From assembly GCA_002269645.1 (NCBI GenBank), contig NIVC01001491.1, forward strand, positions 148,535 through 212,534: DNA of 64,000 nt, in the 5' to 3' direction. Position numbers and translations under genes: made by a program. The notes beneath the pieces were generated by a model. It saw nothing but the letters and a program-made list of their open reading frames with translations, was not told where the DNA came from and searched no databases. Source of the stretch: Macrostomum lignano. Taxonomy: Eukaryota. Below are positions 1 to 12,994 of this stretch, piece after piece. The first letter of the stretch is position 1. Each line of letters starts with the position of its first letter.

Positions 1-231
1 ACGAAAGAATGCGATATTTTGGACTCAGCTTCTACGGAGCATGAGACGACGGCTTCCAATAACATGACTAAGTTAGGTTTAGCCAATACGGAGAAGGTAA
101 AGGATACTTAAAGTACATCGTAAAAGGCTTTTTAATCCACATGCACTGCCGAACAACAACTGATCGACCAAGCTTTAGGGATCAAAGATAATTTTCAAAC
201 AAGTTTTTATACAGACCATTAAACTAAAAAT

Positions 232-1143
232 ATGAATAACTTTCTCCCACTAATTGTACTGCTCTATAACGTCATATTCAATATTCATTTTGCAACATCA
301 ACTGCCTGCAGCTCTAAAAGGCTCGAATACAAAAAATATGGCTTCCTGCCCAACTGCTCCGAGTACCTAACTCTGAGCACAGGACGCTCTCAAGACTGCG
401 TCATGGCTGCAGCTGTGTCTCCCGTCCAGTCTGCCGCGGTCGTGTCTACTTCCGAGGCCGAATGTCACGTGACCACCGCCCAGTGTCATCGCTACCTCCT
501 GTGCTCCACCGACTGTCCCTACACTGTGCTCATGCCTGCCAGTATGCTCAACAGCCTCGAGCACATCGTGATGAGCGTGAAGAGCGGCTGCGGTTTTAAG
601 GTGTGGGACGTGCTGACTGGGTCGGCATTGCCACCTGACCCTGGTGTCCTGCCAGCTCACCCAGGCGCCGCCGACATACTGGACGCCTTCCGCTCGAACG
701 TTCTCGACGACATTCAGCGCCTGATATCCGGTCTGACTTTCAAGCAGCTCATCGTGCAACTGTACAAGAGCTCCGCTGTGGTTGTGAGGCTCGTGTTCGA
801 TGTCGGGACGAACTTCGCCAGTGTCAACCTGACGAACTGGTTCAGAAAGGAGCGTCTCGTACAGAGCTTTCCGGTCACCAACCTCGCCAACATGAGCACG
901 AACGTCTTCAGCATCAAATGAGAAAATAGAGGCTCGTTTCAGAGACGTTTTTTTGTCAACTTTAACTATGGTGGCTGCAATAATGACCGCGGGCTCATGG
1001 CAGTCTTGGATTCCAACGATGACTATTGCGCAGCATACCAATACTCACAGCCGATTCCTCGAATCGTGTTTAGTTCGGATCCCAGTCGCACAATGGCGAC
1101 GACAATTCAGGATGCCGAACATTTTGCCATTTTGGCGCGCTAA
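232..1143 (+). pseudogene. Secreted Cys-rich protein paralog A, interrupted by an in-frame TGA at 919-921
   Basis: Hydrophobic N-terminus. Past TGA 919-921 the frame continues ENRGSFQRRFFVNFNYGGCNNDRGLMAVLDSND...EHFAILAR to TAA 1141-1143 and aligns without gaps to paralog B. Both span 912 nt. Confidence 0.75.
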
Positions 1144-1345
1144 AGTTGAAAAATTATTAGACTACATATAACCAACGTTGGGATCAATGATACATATTTT
1201 TGCATATTACCATTTGTTTGCACGACATTAATTGTCTAATGGTTTACTCGTAGATATTTTTCGTTATCGAGTTTTGCTATCTTTCAGTGTCATAATTATA
1301 TAATAGTTAATTAATCTTATTAATCTTTATTGATAGTAAATAAAA

Positions 1346-1630
1346 ATTGATTACACCTGCCCTAATGGGCAGATGCGTAACCGACAGCTCAGCCGCTGCT
1401 ATTGCCTGGCGCATTTGAAGGCTGCGTACGGCTGTTCAGTCCAAGGAACGAGGGGTCACCATGCACACACACCCTCAATTACCCCAGCTACATGAAAGGA
1501 TGGCACCAAATTTACAGATGGGTGAGCTGAAGCAATTGCTCAACGACACAAACTGTTTCAAGGGGGTCGAGAATCGAACCCCCAACCTTTAAAACCTGAG
1601 TCCGACATTCTTACCACTCAGATACACGAG
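1346..1630 (-). mobile_element. tRNA-derived SINE family 1 (CORE-like middle), diverged copy
   Basis: Minus strand has A-box-like CTGAGTGGTAAG and B-box GGTTCGATTCT. Body shared with copies at 10938, 34388 and 53829. Confidence 0.75.
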
Positions 1631-2649
1631 CCTCACAACCAAAATCCCCAAGATATTGGGTAACTTTTAAAAATGCTGCATTGAACTATTATTGAAAAGG
1701 TATACTTTTTAATGCTGTAGGTAGTAAGCCTATACATAATTTGTCAATAAAGTCAAGCGTAATGCATGACTAGTTTGTTGAGCTGCAAATTTTTGTGTCA
1801 AATAAAGTAAAAATTGATAGACTAATAAACCGACTCAATTCATTTACATCTTGTCAAGTTTGGTTTATTTGACTTTGGTTTATTTGACGTTTGGCTTTTG
1901 AAATGGAAGTCTTCTTTAACGATCAATGCAGAATTTTATTCAAACACAAAGGAAATTTCTCTGTATCTTCAATAGGAACACAAATTGCCGGAAACAGTGA
2001 GATGCATAGACATGTTATGATAAAATTTGATAGACATTGATAAGCCGATATTCACTGTGTCGTGAATAGGGTCATTGAGCGAGAACCGGCGACCACTTTT
2101 AGCAGCAATAAAACACGCTTTTAGTTTTAACTAAGTGTTGCATTTGACTACATGAGCCCAGCATTGTCAGCCTTTGCCTAAAAGCATTGTAAAACGCATT
2201 TATGTATTTACGTTGTTGCATAAAAGCTCCTAACACGTCTGTATCTACTCTGGTTTAGAGTCAAATGTCTCTGAGATACAAAGCAAATACTCTATATTAA
2301 GCAGTTCACACCTAATGGCTGGCACGACACCGCCAGTGGTGTTCGCAGATAATTTTGATGGTATTCACAGATACAAGAATTCTAGATAACTCACTAGTAG
2401 GGTTCGGAGTTTGTCATTCAGTTAAACTACTTCTAAATAGCTCGTAAGTAGTGTGATGCGAGAATTATACGTTATTTACGACAAATTGGTTTTGAAAATC
2501 TGTTTAGATATAAATAAAATTTATCTTCTTCAGAGCTGACAAACGTCTTTATTTATCCAGTTTATTATCCGTGCGCTATTTTTGACATGGGATGCCTCCG
2601 CTTTCAGGTCATATAAGTAAAAATAAGTCTTGAGTAAAAATTATCTTTA

Positions 2650-2864
2650 AGCACCAAGGGGCTTTAGCACCAAGGGGCTTTAGCACCAAGGGGCTTTAGC
2701 ACCAAGGGGCTTTAGCACCAAGGGGCTTTAGCACCAAGGGGCTTTAGCAAGGGGCTTTAGCACCAAGGGGCTTTAGCACCAAGGGGCTTTAGCACCAAGG
2801 GGCTTTAGCACCAAGGGGCTTTAGCACCAAGGGGCTTTAGCACCAAGGGGCTTTAGCAAGGGGC
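2650..2864. repeat. 16-bp minisatellite (AGCACCAAGGGGCTTT)n, about 13-14 units
   Basis: Direct reading; two units are shortened by 3 nt. Confidence 0.95.
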
Positions 2865-4784
2865 TATCCAAACAAAGATTCTCAGAATATTTGTTGGGAT
2901 AGCCAATTCAAAAAAACCCGTGTGAATTGCTGGATATTTGCTTGGATGGCATAAAATGCCAGTCATATTTGAGCGCATCGAAGGTGATTGACAGCCAGGT
3001 AACGCGAAACCGCCGCGCATGATTGCATCTTAGCTAATAATTGGTTAAGCACTCTCCGAACGCATCTGGATCCCATTTAGCTCCACTCTGCCACAAGTAT
3101 TCCATGAGTTTATATGCTATCGTGATATGATTCCGCTATCTTCCGAACGGAAAGTTGCAAAAGTCAAAATTCCATGTCACCTACATGTAGCTCTTCCTGC
3201 CATTCACAAATCCAATTCGAGGATAGCATGGAGGATTCGAGGATAAAGCTGGACAGTCAGAAAAAATCATGCAGTTTAGATGGAATTTCTACATCTACCT
3301 CATAAATTGTATGCATTGAGAAGTCCCTTATTTAATTAAATTCTGTCAGCCATCGCAAATATGTAACAATTGTTTCCAGATTCATTTGCCAGCCCGAAAG
3401 ATTATTCGGCTCAGGTATAACATTGATTTTTTCAGAGCGGGGCAGTAGTGCTTGCGCTGGTCTCTTTCCTGTATTTTCTTTTCCGCTCTCCTCATGGGCG
3501 CGCTGGATTAAGCGAGAACCGCAGCACGAAAGAAGATCTCTAACATTTTTGGTAGCTACAGCTACCAAATCCTCAGTGGCCACCCTTTGTATAACAAAGG
3601 AATGTGGAGGGCAGGTGGGTTTAGCAAAAAAGCATTCTTGTTTTCCCACCGTGTGTCTGGGCTTCAATGCAGCGAAGTCAAGCAGGTCCAACATGTTCAA
3701 TGAGGAGGTCCAAAGCTTGGATGAAAAAAATCGATATTACTCGGCTCTGCATGATACAATATCGATTTTTTCAGAGCGGGTGGCTGCAGTAGTGTTTGCC
3801 CCGATCTCTTTCCGGCCTTATCTTCTCTCTTTTCTCCTCGTGGGTACCCTGGAGAGAGCGTCTCCAGCATTTTTCAGCAGTTATCCAGACAGCACAGCTT
3901 CAGTGTAGTGGATTTTTTACCTTTGTCAGAAGCCAGGTCTTGAGACAAGAATTTGGCCTCCAGGGTCTTCAGGTGCATACGCGTAGAATATTTTGAGTTT
4001 CTATAGAAGCCTTCTAATTTCAGCAAAGTTACTGTAAATTTAAAGTGCCATGAAATTTATTTATTAGCTACCTTATACAGTTGATTCAATGTAGTTTATT
4101 CGGCATTTTAATTTCGACTTGGGACAGAACTTTTGCATGCACTGGAGCGCATTCCTTCGGGCAACTGGCACTTGGAGTTCTACGAGCTAATTAGACTCGT
4201 GCTGTTTATAATATAAATTTACTGAGACAACTAGGAACATTTTTATGATGCCTTATTTTTTAGGACGGTCAGGACCATGTGCTGATGTTGAATTACGTTG
4301 GGCAGCATAAGAGATAAAATACTTCTAATCCTTCTTTAGGAACAATGAACATGGAATTAATGGGGATTATGGTGGCAGGGGAAAATTCTCTTAAGTATTA
4401 TGTTGGAAGATATTCGAGCTCATTCGAAACCCCCATACTACCGATATCTGTAGTAATAACGAATATAGAATCCACGCAATTACGAAGGAAGCGAATTATT
4501 CCCCATTATGCTTACCACTTGTCTACCCAATCAAGTACCCCCGAATTGAAGCAGGAGTTGATGAGCAGGTTGCAGCAGCCGGAGGCTTTTTGTTAGATTT
4601 CCTCATTCGCTGCGTCAATCTTCGCCAATGAATGCCAAGGCATCACAGGAGAGTCTACTGATACAGATAAATACCAAAGTCCACAGTAAGCTACAACATC
4701 CCGCGTTTTCGCTCCCACAGCGGCAAAAAGAACGATTTCTGCATGTAAAGCTTTGCTGTTTTGCTTATCTATTCAGAAATAAAA

Positions 4785-5696
4785 ATGGGAACTCTACGTC
4801 TCATAACGCTAGTATTATATGCGATCGTGAGTACATTCTCTTCGGAAGTGATTGCTGATTGCACCCATAAGCAATTGCAGTACAAGCGACACGCATTTCG
4901 TCCGAACTGCTCTGACCTGATGACGCTGAGCACAGGAAGTGCTCAAGATTGCGTTATGGCTGCAGCTGTGTCTCCCGTCCAGTCTGCCGCGGTCGTGTCT
5001 ACTTCCGAAGCCGAATGTCACGTGACCACCGCCCAGTGTCCTCGCTACCTGCTATGCTCCACCGACTGTCCCTACACTGTGCTCATGCCTGCCAGTGTAC
5101 TCAACAGCCTCGAGCACATCGTGATGAGCGTGAAGGGCGGCTGTGGTTACAAGATATGGGATGTGCTGACTGGGTCGGCATTGCCACCTGACCCTGTTGT
5201 CCAGCTGGCCCCTCCCAGCGCAGCTGCCCTGCCGAACGTCTTCCGCTCGAGCGTGCTGGACGACATGCAGCGCCTGATCTCCGGTCTGACCTTCAAGCAT
5301 CTCATCGTGCAGCTGTACAAGAGCTCCACCGTGGTTGTGAGGCTTGTGTTCGATGTCCGGACGAACTCCGCCAGTGTCAACCTGACGAACTGGTTCAGAA
5401 AGGAGCGTCTCGTACAGAACTTGCCGGTCACCAACCTCGCCAACATAAGCACGAACTTCTTCAGCATCGAGGGCGCCACTGACTATACAAACTTGAGAAG
5501 ATTTTTCATTAACTATAGCTACGGCGGATGCGACATTGACAAAGGGTTTATGGCTATTCTAGATTCGAAAAATGATGTTTGCTCCATGTACCAGTTTTCA
5601 GAGCCGATTCCTCGCATTGTCTTCAGTTCAGATCCGACAAAGTCGATGGCCTCAACACTTCAAATTGCCGACTACATGGCTATTCTAGTGCGCTAG
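4785..5696 (+). CDS. Secreted Cys-rich protein paralog B, 303 aa; possible PAN/apple-like N-terminus and an uncharacterised C-terminal domain with RRFFIN-x2-YGGC-x2-D-x-G motif
   Basis: Single-exon ORF from ATG 4785 with signal-peptide-like MGTLRLITLVLYAIVSTFSSEVIA; strong similarity to 232-1143. Domain names are from recognition only. Confidence 0.8.
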   Translation: MGTLRLITLVLYAIVSTFSSEVIADCTHKQLQYKRHAFRPNCSDLMTLSTGSAQDCVMAAAVSPVQSAAVVSTSEAECHVTTAQCPRYLLCSTDCPYTVLMPASVLNSLEHIVMSVKGGCGYKIWDVLTGSALPPDPVVQLAPPSAAALPNVFRSSVLDDMQRLISGLTFKHLIVQLYKSSTVVVRLVFDVRTNSASVNLTNWFRKERLVQNLPVTNLANISTNFFSIEGATDYTNLRRFFINYSYGGCDIDKGFMAILDSKNDVCSMYQFSEPIPRIVFSSDPTKSMASTLQIADYMAILVR

Positions 5697-5989
5697 TTTG
5701 ATCTGTGCGTTCAGAATTGGTCACAATGCTGCTTTGACGGGCGAGTTATTGACACAAGTGATGTCGTCGGTGATCACTATGTGGCACTACTGAAAACTTT
5801 TTACTAAACCTCAAAGCTAACGTAATTTTCATTTTTGTTGCTGTTAAAGGTCAAAAAGTCTAATTTGGGTGTCAAATTTCTTGTCTCGTATCTATAGTCA
5901 AGTATTTTATATAGATTTCTATACTTCTATCATTTTGTATCTCAAATTTGTTTATTGGGGGATATTAATCGCACGAACACCCCCGGCCC

Positions 5990-6140
5990 TACCGCGTTGG
6001 GAAACACACTAGGGGTCTTGTCGCGAGAGTGATAAGCTTAGGAGAAAAAAGCTGTGTTTCCAACAAAGAACTAATTTTTGCGTTTTTTGAACAGATCTGT
6101 TGTAAGCCGTTTCTATTTTTGTTTATTAGCTACTGAGAAC
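5990..6140. repeat. Dispersed repeat fragment, second copy at about 20590-20825
   Basis: Shared CTAGGGGTCTTGTCGC and CAACAAAGAACTAATTTT...TTATTAGCTA blocks. Confidence 0.6.
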
Positions 6141-6726
6141 GATCACATGTAACGTTATATTCGTCCCTTGTTAATAAATTTTCTCTGCATTATATTCAGT
6201 GACAGCAATTTTAAAGAAGTCCCTTAAAGTAGCTAGCTTTCCTCTTCAAATACACTTATTGCCTCCCTTTGAGCTCTTTGCAAACAGAAAAGTAACGACT
6301 CTAAACTTTTTAAATTCACACCATTTCAAGGCTTTGTTTTGGAGCTCCTTTAAAAAAGAAGGTAAAGAGGTGCCTCAAACTTATGATTGACACATTACTT
6401 CAAAATTAGCTACTGTATGGCTGCCCATGAGACCTTTTTCACCTGTAAGAAATTCGTCAAAGAATGAGCAGCCATTTAGCACATATGGATTTAATTGCAA
6501 TTTGCATCAGCAGATGCTGCAACTTAACAAGAAGATTCAGAATTGAAATCTGAAGTGCTACAAAAATTCTCATTGCAATTCTACCAGCTGCATAACTCTC
6601 ATATTCGTATCTGCAATGTTATGATAGTTGCCTATTCTCACTACGCATTGACGAAGAAAAATATTCTAAGCAAAATTGTCTTTTCTAACTTTTTTAATTG
6701 CAAAATTACAGGTGTATATACAATGC

Positions 6727-7341
<615 letters not shown>

Positions 7342-8290
7342 CTTCAGGTCTGAATTTGGTGGCTACTGGTTTTCAGTCAGGCGTAACTCCTGGATTTTCA
7401 ACAAGTGGCACCAGTTAACAAAGGACATCTACGAGTAGTTGGGAATTTTTACAGTGCCAATGGCCCAGCATCAACAGTAGGGATTGGTCTCTCACGAATT
7501 TATACGTCATCGTGAAGCTATCGACATCGACGTCTTCAACACGTAGCACCGCCAGGTAACTAGGGACACACTGTTGTGAATATGTCAGACTCGTTTTTAT
7601 CATAGCCCCTGTTGTGAACTTTAATGATATATGATATAATTGTCAATTCACCATGCGATCCGAGTATCCTCAGACGCAAGAAAATATGCAGTAGTCAGGC
7701 ATCCTATATACCAAAATTTGAGCTCATTAGATCGATGAGACCAACAAAGACGGCGGCTTGCACCAGTGCAGTAGGATCAGTGTAGGCCGAATTGAGAGCA
7801 AAGCAAAACAGTTTAGTTGTGAACATTAATTTGAGTTGGTACGCTAGTAATACAAAATTTGACGTTATTAAAAACAGTTAAAAAGTTAAAAAATAAATTT
7901 GTCTGTTACTATGTCTGAATGATATTAGCAAAAGCACATTCACATAGTTTAAAACAGTAATAATGTAAATTTATCGATAACAATATTAAAATATTATTTG
8001 TTACAATACTTCGTTCGTTATAACTAAAACACATCCACATTATTACAAATAGCTAGTCATAATTCATAAAATAAAACTGTTTTCTACAATCTACAATACT
8101 GAATTCGTAACAAAACACTGCTTCTTTTTCGCACCGAGAAACAGCTTGCAGTGATGATTCCGTCTCAAATTTTCTTCAAACGTACTTAGGCTTGAAGAGC
8201 CTAAACGATGTATGTAGATGTACTGTTAAGTAATTTATAACGTATGAAAATGTAAAAGTATGGCCAAGTTAAAAACCAACTGCTTCTATG

Positions 8291-9580
8291 TCACTCGCAG
8301 ACAGCGTACACGTCGAACTCGTCGTTACAAACGCCGATGAGGTCGTCAATGCCGCCGCAAGTGCCCACCATCGTGCCAACAATGGTATCGATAGCACTTT
8401 TCGCCTTGTCAATTTCTCTCCTTTGTTCGTCAGTCGGCGGAGGTCCGACATTCTCAAGGCCGAAGGTCGCTTTGGAGGCCTCTGCCAGACCCCGCAGCTG
8501 GTCAAATTTGGCTCTGGCGGCTCTCTGGTCATCAGAAGCGAGCGCTGCTTGCAGGGCGGCCGCCTCCGCCCGCTTGCGAACTGCCGAAGCGGCCCAGTCG
8601 GCCTTCGGTGTGGCGGAGTTCAACAGGTCCTGAAGGCGCTTCTTTTCCATGTCGAGAAACTCAATCAGACCCACGATGAGGCTGTTCCAGGGCTGCAGTG
8701 AAGCGTTGACTCGGTCAGCCTGTGCAGTTTGCTGCTGCACCCGATCGACCAGATTCGTACAATCGGCCTTGCGTTGAATTGATTTATTAAAGTTTGAAAT
8801 ATTGTATAAAAAGTGTAAATAAAGACTACTTCTGAAATTCAAAATTGCTAACTGTTGAGTCGACGTAAAAAATTCCAGTATTTGCAGCGGCAGAATGCTC
8901 TCGTACTTGACGTTTCATGCAAAGCAAGCAGAACAGGGAATAAACGTCAAACATTCCACTAGAGGCAAATTGAAACGACTTTAATGCTGACTTTTACCTC
9001 GAACTGCATCCAATGAATGCTGAAGTGCCGGCTGCACAGCCGCCTGTCGCAGTGCCTGCACTTGACGAAGACAGGGATGGAGCACTGGCCAGCTTCGTCC
9101 TTCCACCGGCAGGTGGCGCCCTCTTGGGGTATCAGGTGAGAGGAACTGATGAGCCTCTCCATTGTGCTGTTCTGTAGCGGTTGGGTGCTGAGCTGGCTCC
9201 TGCATATTGGACAAGTGCTGGCTTCCCGAAGAAGCCGCTCGTAGCAGGGACGGCAGAGCGTGTGATGACTCGCACACACGTAGAGAGGGTCAGTGAAAGT
9301 TCCCAAACACACAGGGCATTCTAGGTCTTTGTTAGTTTCTTCACCTGATTAAGATTGGATCGAATTGTAGAATGAGCAAAATCTTTTGAAAAGCACCAAT
9401 TATTCCACAATAAAACGACTAATCTTATATATTATATTATAGCAGTGCATTGTAATACATAGTAGGGCCTTAATATAGTGCAAACCAATTTGAAAACTAA
9501 CAAATCAGCATAAAAAATTTACCTGCATCGGTTTCATATTGACTGTAACAAAGGTTCAAATATACTCTTGAATCAGCCAT
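8291..9580 (-). CDS. TRIM-like gene 1: RING + B-box-like Zn finger + coiled coil
   Basis: Exons 9580-9523 (tentative first exon, phase-1 donor), 9344-8998 (CPVC..DPLYVCASHHTLCRPC..CPIC; CRHCDRRLCSRHFSIH) and 8767-8291. Exon lengths keep frame across GT-AG introns. Confidence 0.85.
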
Positions 9581-9989
9581 GCCGTAATTTCTCAAACACC
9601 AACAAACTGGAGATTAAAAAGTCGTTTTCAATTTTTAACCAAAAGTTTAAACGGCCCTAAAACACTTATGTAGGAATAAAAAACAAGCAGTCCACAGGAT
9701 GTACCGTCTTTATTATTCTTGCACTTTGCAGAAGCTTTTTTGCTTTTGATAGATTGTACGTACGAGAAAACAATACTTGGATTTGGAAACTGTTCGTTTC
9801 TACTCGTATTTTAGTTTCTATTTTTAGAGCAGATAAAGTAGCTTAGTTATTAATATTTATTTCGCCACCTCAGTACTTTATGCAGACTGCATGTACATTC
9901 AGATTCAGTGGCTGCAATGCATTGGAAAAATAAAAGAAGCATCCTTAAGCATTTTACCACCATATAACTTCATTGCCAAAGTGGCCTCG

Positions 9990-10500
9990 AGGTGGCCTCG
10001 TGTCAGCCAGCGATACGGTTATACCTGCAGTTATCGCTGAAGATGGGTTGGATAGAAAACTGTTTAATGTGAAGTAGAGGCTGTGGTAAAAAATATGCTT
10101 GAGAAGGCAGTGCGACCTTGTTGAGAATTCCGTTTCTTTTAATGCAGTGCTGTTGTCATTTAAAGATATTTTATGCATTCAGAGTACATTTTTGTGCAGC
10201 GGAGGGCAGTTGCAATAGCATCTGTTTTTATCGGAGAGGTACTTTATTTTACATCTGCCTTTTATTCCTACAATTTACGAGCGTATTATCTTAGCCTTGA
10301 AGAAACGCTTCTCATCGTACAATCAAACTCTGTAGCTGCCACTTTTGGCTTTCTGATTTTTGGTGCTAATTACGGAGGAGCAATGCTTTTGGCTTTGCCA
10401 AAGCTAGTTCTGTTTAGCTAATCTCTCCAGTTCACGGTGGGCTCTTCTTTGAGCCTGAAGTTGAACGTAAAAAGGCTTAGTGTCAAAAATAAAAGAAGCG
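9990..10500. repeat. Co-duplicated intergenic block, copy 1; others at about 17880-18380, 24080-24760, 25830-26280 and 26480-27290
   Basis: Shared GAGAAAGCGGTGCAACCTTG, GTGACGAAATTTAT, TACTTTATTTTACATCTG and AGCAATGCTTTTG words in the same order. Confidence 0.75.
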
Positions 10501-10937
10501 TGCTGTCAAACATAAGACCAATGAGTTATTGCTGAGCTGTAAGGGCTCATGGGGGAATATCTGAAATGCCGTGACTTTCAGCAACTTACGGTTAAAGATA
10601 GGGTTAAAGTTAGGATTAGGAACCCTTAGGGTTAAAAAATGAAACGATGTCAAGACTCATGAGGGAATTTCTGAAATGCTGTGGCTCGTAGGGGTTGCTC
10701 AGATGCCAAGGGTCAATTGCGAGTTGTTGGTAGGCCAAGCCAAAGGTATAGATCAACGGGAGAGTTGAGATGAAGCCATGGCCTTAAGGGAGGCTTTGAA
10801 AGCTGCTTTGATATATAGGTCGCCTTTTCTGCATTAGAAAGCATATGAGAAGCTTCTGCAAAGCTTCGCTTTTGTGAAATGAAATCAAACGATTAACATA
10901 ATTTATAATTTAAATTAAACAAGATGTTTTACTTTCT

Positions 10938-11211
10938 AATAATAATAATAATTATTGATTACACCTGCCAGATGTGCAACCGACAGCTCAGCCGCAGCTA
11001 TTGCGCGGCGCATCTGAAGGCTGAGTACGGCTGTTCAGTCCAAGGACTGGGGCAGCTAATACTGGCACCCATTTTACAGCTTGCGTGAACTGAAGCAGTG
11101 CAGAGTTTAAGTATCTTGCTCAAAGACACAAATTGTTCCAGGGGGATCAGAAATGGAACCCCCGACCTTCAGGTCGTGGGTCCGACGCTCTAACCACTAG
11201 GCTACTATACC
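10938..11211 (-). mobile_element. SINE family 1 copy
   Basis: Minus-strand head GGTATAGTAGCCTAGTGGTTAG...GGTTCCATTTC and (ATT)n tail at 10938-10955. Confidence 0.8.
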
Positions 11212-12994
11212 CTTTTTATTGAATATACTTTCAAGAAAAAAGAATATTTAATATCTATTTTTGTATTCTCCACCAGCCTTTATTCTCCACTAGATTTACT
11301 TGATCTTGATGGAACTTGATCTGGATACTGCAGTTGACACCCATGCAGCTTTACATGTACAGCCAGAATTGTAACGAAAATGTTGCAAATTTTTGTAAGA
11401 TTTATTTGTTTCCAGTTTAAAGCTATAGGCTCGGTTCATTATTTGAATTCAGATTCAGATCCGGTTGTGAAACTCAAATAAGAAATCTACATGTGGCAGC
11501 TGCTTTACTTGTGAGAGTTTGCATTCGGCATCGTGTTGGTGCGACAGGCAAACGTTTATATTAGCAACTGCTAACCCTGCTATTTAACACCGATCCAGAC
11601 CGGGCTAACTAAAATTTTTCCCAGCACGCTCAGTTTTTTTGTGGATGCTGCAAAATGGAGGTTCTATCCTATATTGAGTTTCGATGGGGAGGCGGCTTGC
11701 TGAGATACCAAGGGCCAATTGGTATTTGTTGTTAGGTCAAGCATAAAGGGAGAGTTATAGGGGAGGGGCAAAGGGAGTCTTTGATGGCAAAGCTCGCGTG
11801 GGTGATGCTTTATTGCCCAAAGCATCATTTCCCTAAAATACTAACAATAGCGACTGTACAAGATCATGGGGGAACTTCTAAAATTCTAAAATCCATTCTT
11901 TGTTGCCTCATCAATATAAGCGCTGATTGCTAGTATATCTTTCTAATAATTAGCAAGGCCATGCAAAGCTAAATTTAAAGATTTTAATAACCAAAAGAAC
12001 CAGATTTTGTAATGTCTAAAAAATCTGTTACGAATTATTGTGAAATATCTGCCCTGTCTTGACAGAAAGGAGACAGAAAAACTAATAATGGTGCTACTTT
12101 CGCAGATCCTTGTAAGTAGTATAATAGATATCACTACATTTACGCATCCAAAGCATTAAACTTGAAAGTGGAGCAAATCTTCATTGTCCAGTCAGAGGAA
12201 AGATAGAAGAGGTCAGAGGTGAGAGATGCATTTAATAGAGGTAAGAGAGAGAGAAGAGAGACCGAATGAAATTTATATGCAACATTCAGCTTTTATGATT
12301 AGTTTATAATTTATAGTTTCACTAAATTAAGAGTTGACGTCACCAAGAACTGATACTGATACCTGCAATAATTTTGCGATTTCAGGGCCGGTTTTACTGG
12401 CTCTGTAATCGGTTTTAGTGACCGGGGCCGGTGCCTCTGCCAAAGCTCATAGAGGTGTGGTTTGGGTGGGGGTGAGGGTGCGGTGTGCAGTGTGCGTGGT
12501 GTGGGGTGGTGGGGGTTGGGGTCACGCTGGCCCTTTTATTCGCGCCTTCTGCCCCTCAGTGTTGGCATGCTTGGCTAAATCTTTTTTCTGTGTGCTTGCC
12601 TTTGCATTTATCCTCTGCTTTTATCCCTCTGATTTTACCCCTTTGCTTGTAACACATTCATTTCGAGTCAAATACACTCGCTTCGCTGGGTTCGTTTCGC
12701 CCGCTTTTTCGCTGCCACCCCTGCGTCTTCTCCTTGTTCCTTTCGGCCCGGTTGGCTAAATTTTATCTTTTCACACCTTGACTGTTTTCATCTATCTACG
12801 AGCGTACTATCGTAGTATCTGAGAATAATCTAATCAAAAAGACGAAACATATACATGTAGGAAAAATAGGCAATGCACGAGGTTAAGACAAGCATATGTA
12901 GTTTCTTTGTCACATGTGAAAACTGCTTTCCATGCGCACACTTACGCTTCTTTTTTCGTCCAGTGTTGCCTAAACGAATCTTAAAACAGAAACG

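Noticed and set aside
919-921. Selenocysteine codon
   Set aside because: The TGA aligns with Gly, not Cys, and I recognised no SECIS downstream.
367-1041. Antisense ORFs over real exons (here and across the RING and RPGRIP1L exons)
   Set aside because: Shadow frames of GC-rich coding sequence with no independent motifs or splice support.
3332-3700. P-loop NTPase from GKENTGK
   Set aside because: No Ser/Thr after GK, no preceding hydrophobic strand, and the duplicated copy lacks the motif.
10560-10830. Helitron-like or telomere-like element from scattered TTAGGG/GGTTA words
   Set aside because: Too degenerate; no termini, hairpin or coding remnant could be defined.
12335-12342. CRE palindrome TGACGTCA, also at about 27695
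   Set aside because: Both lie in the same duplicated block, so they are not independent evidence of a regulatory site.
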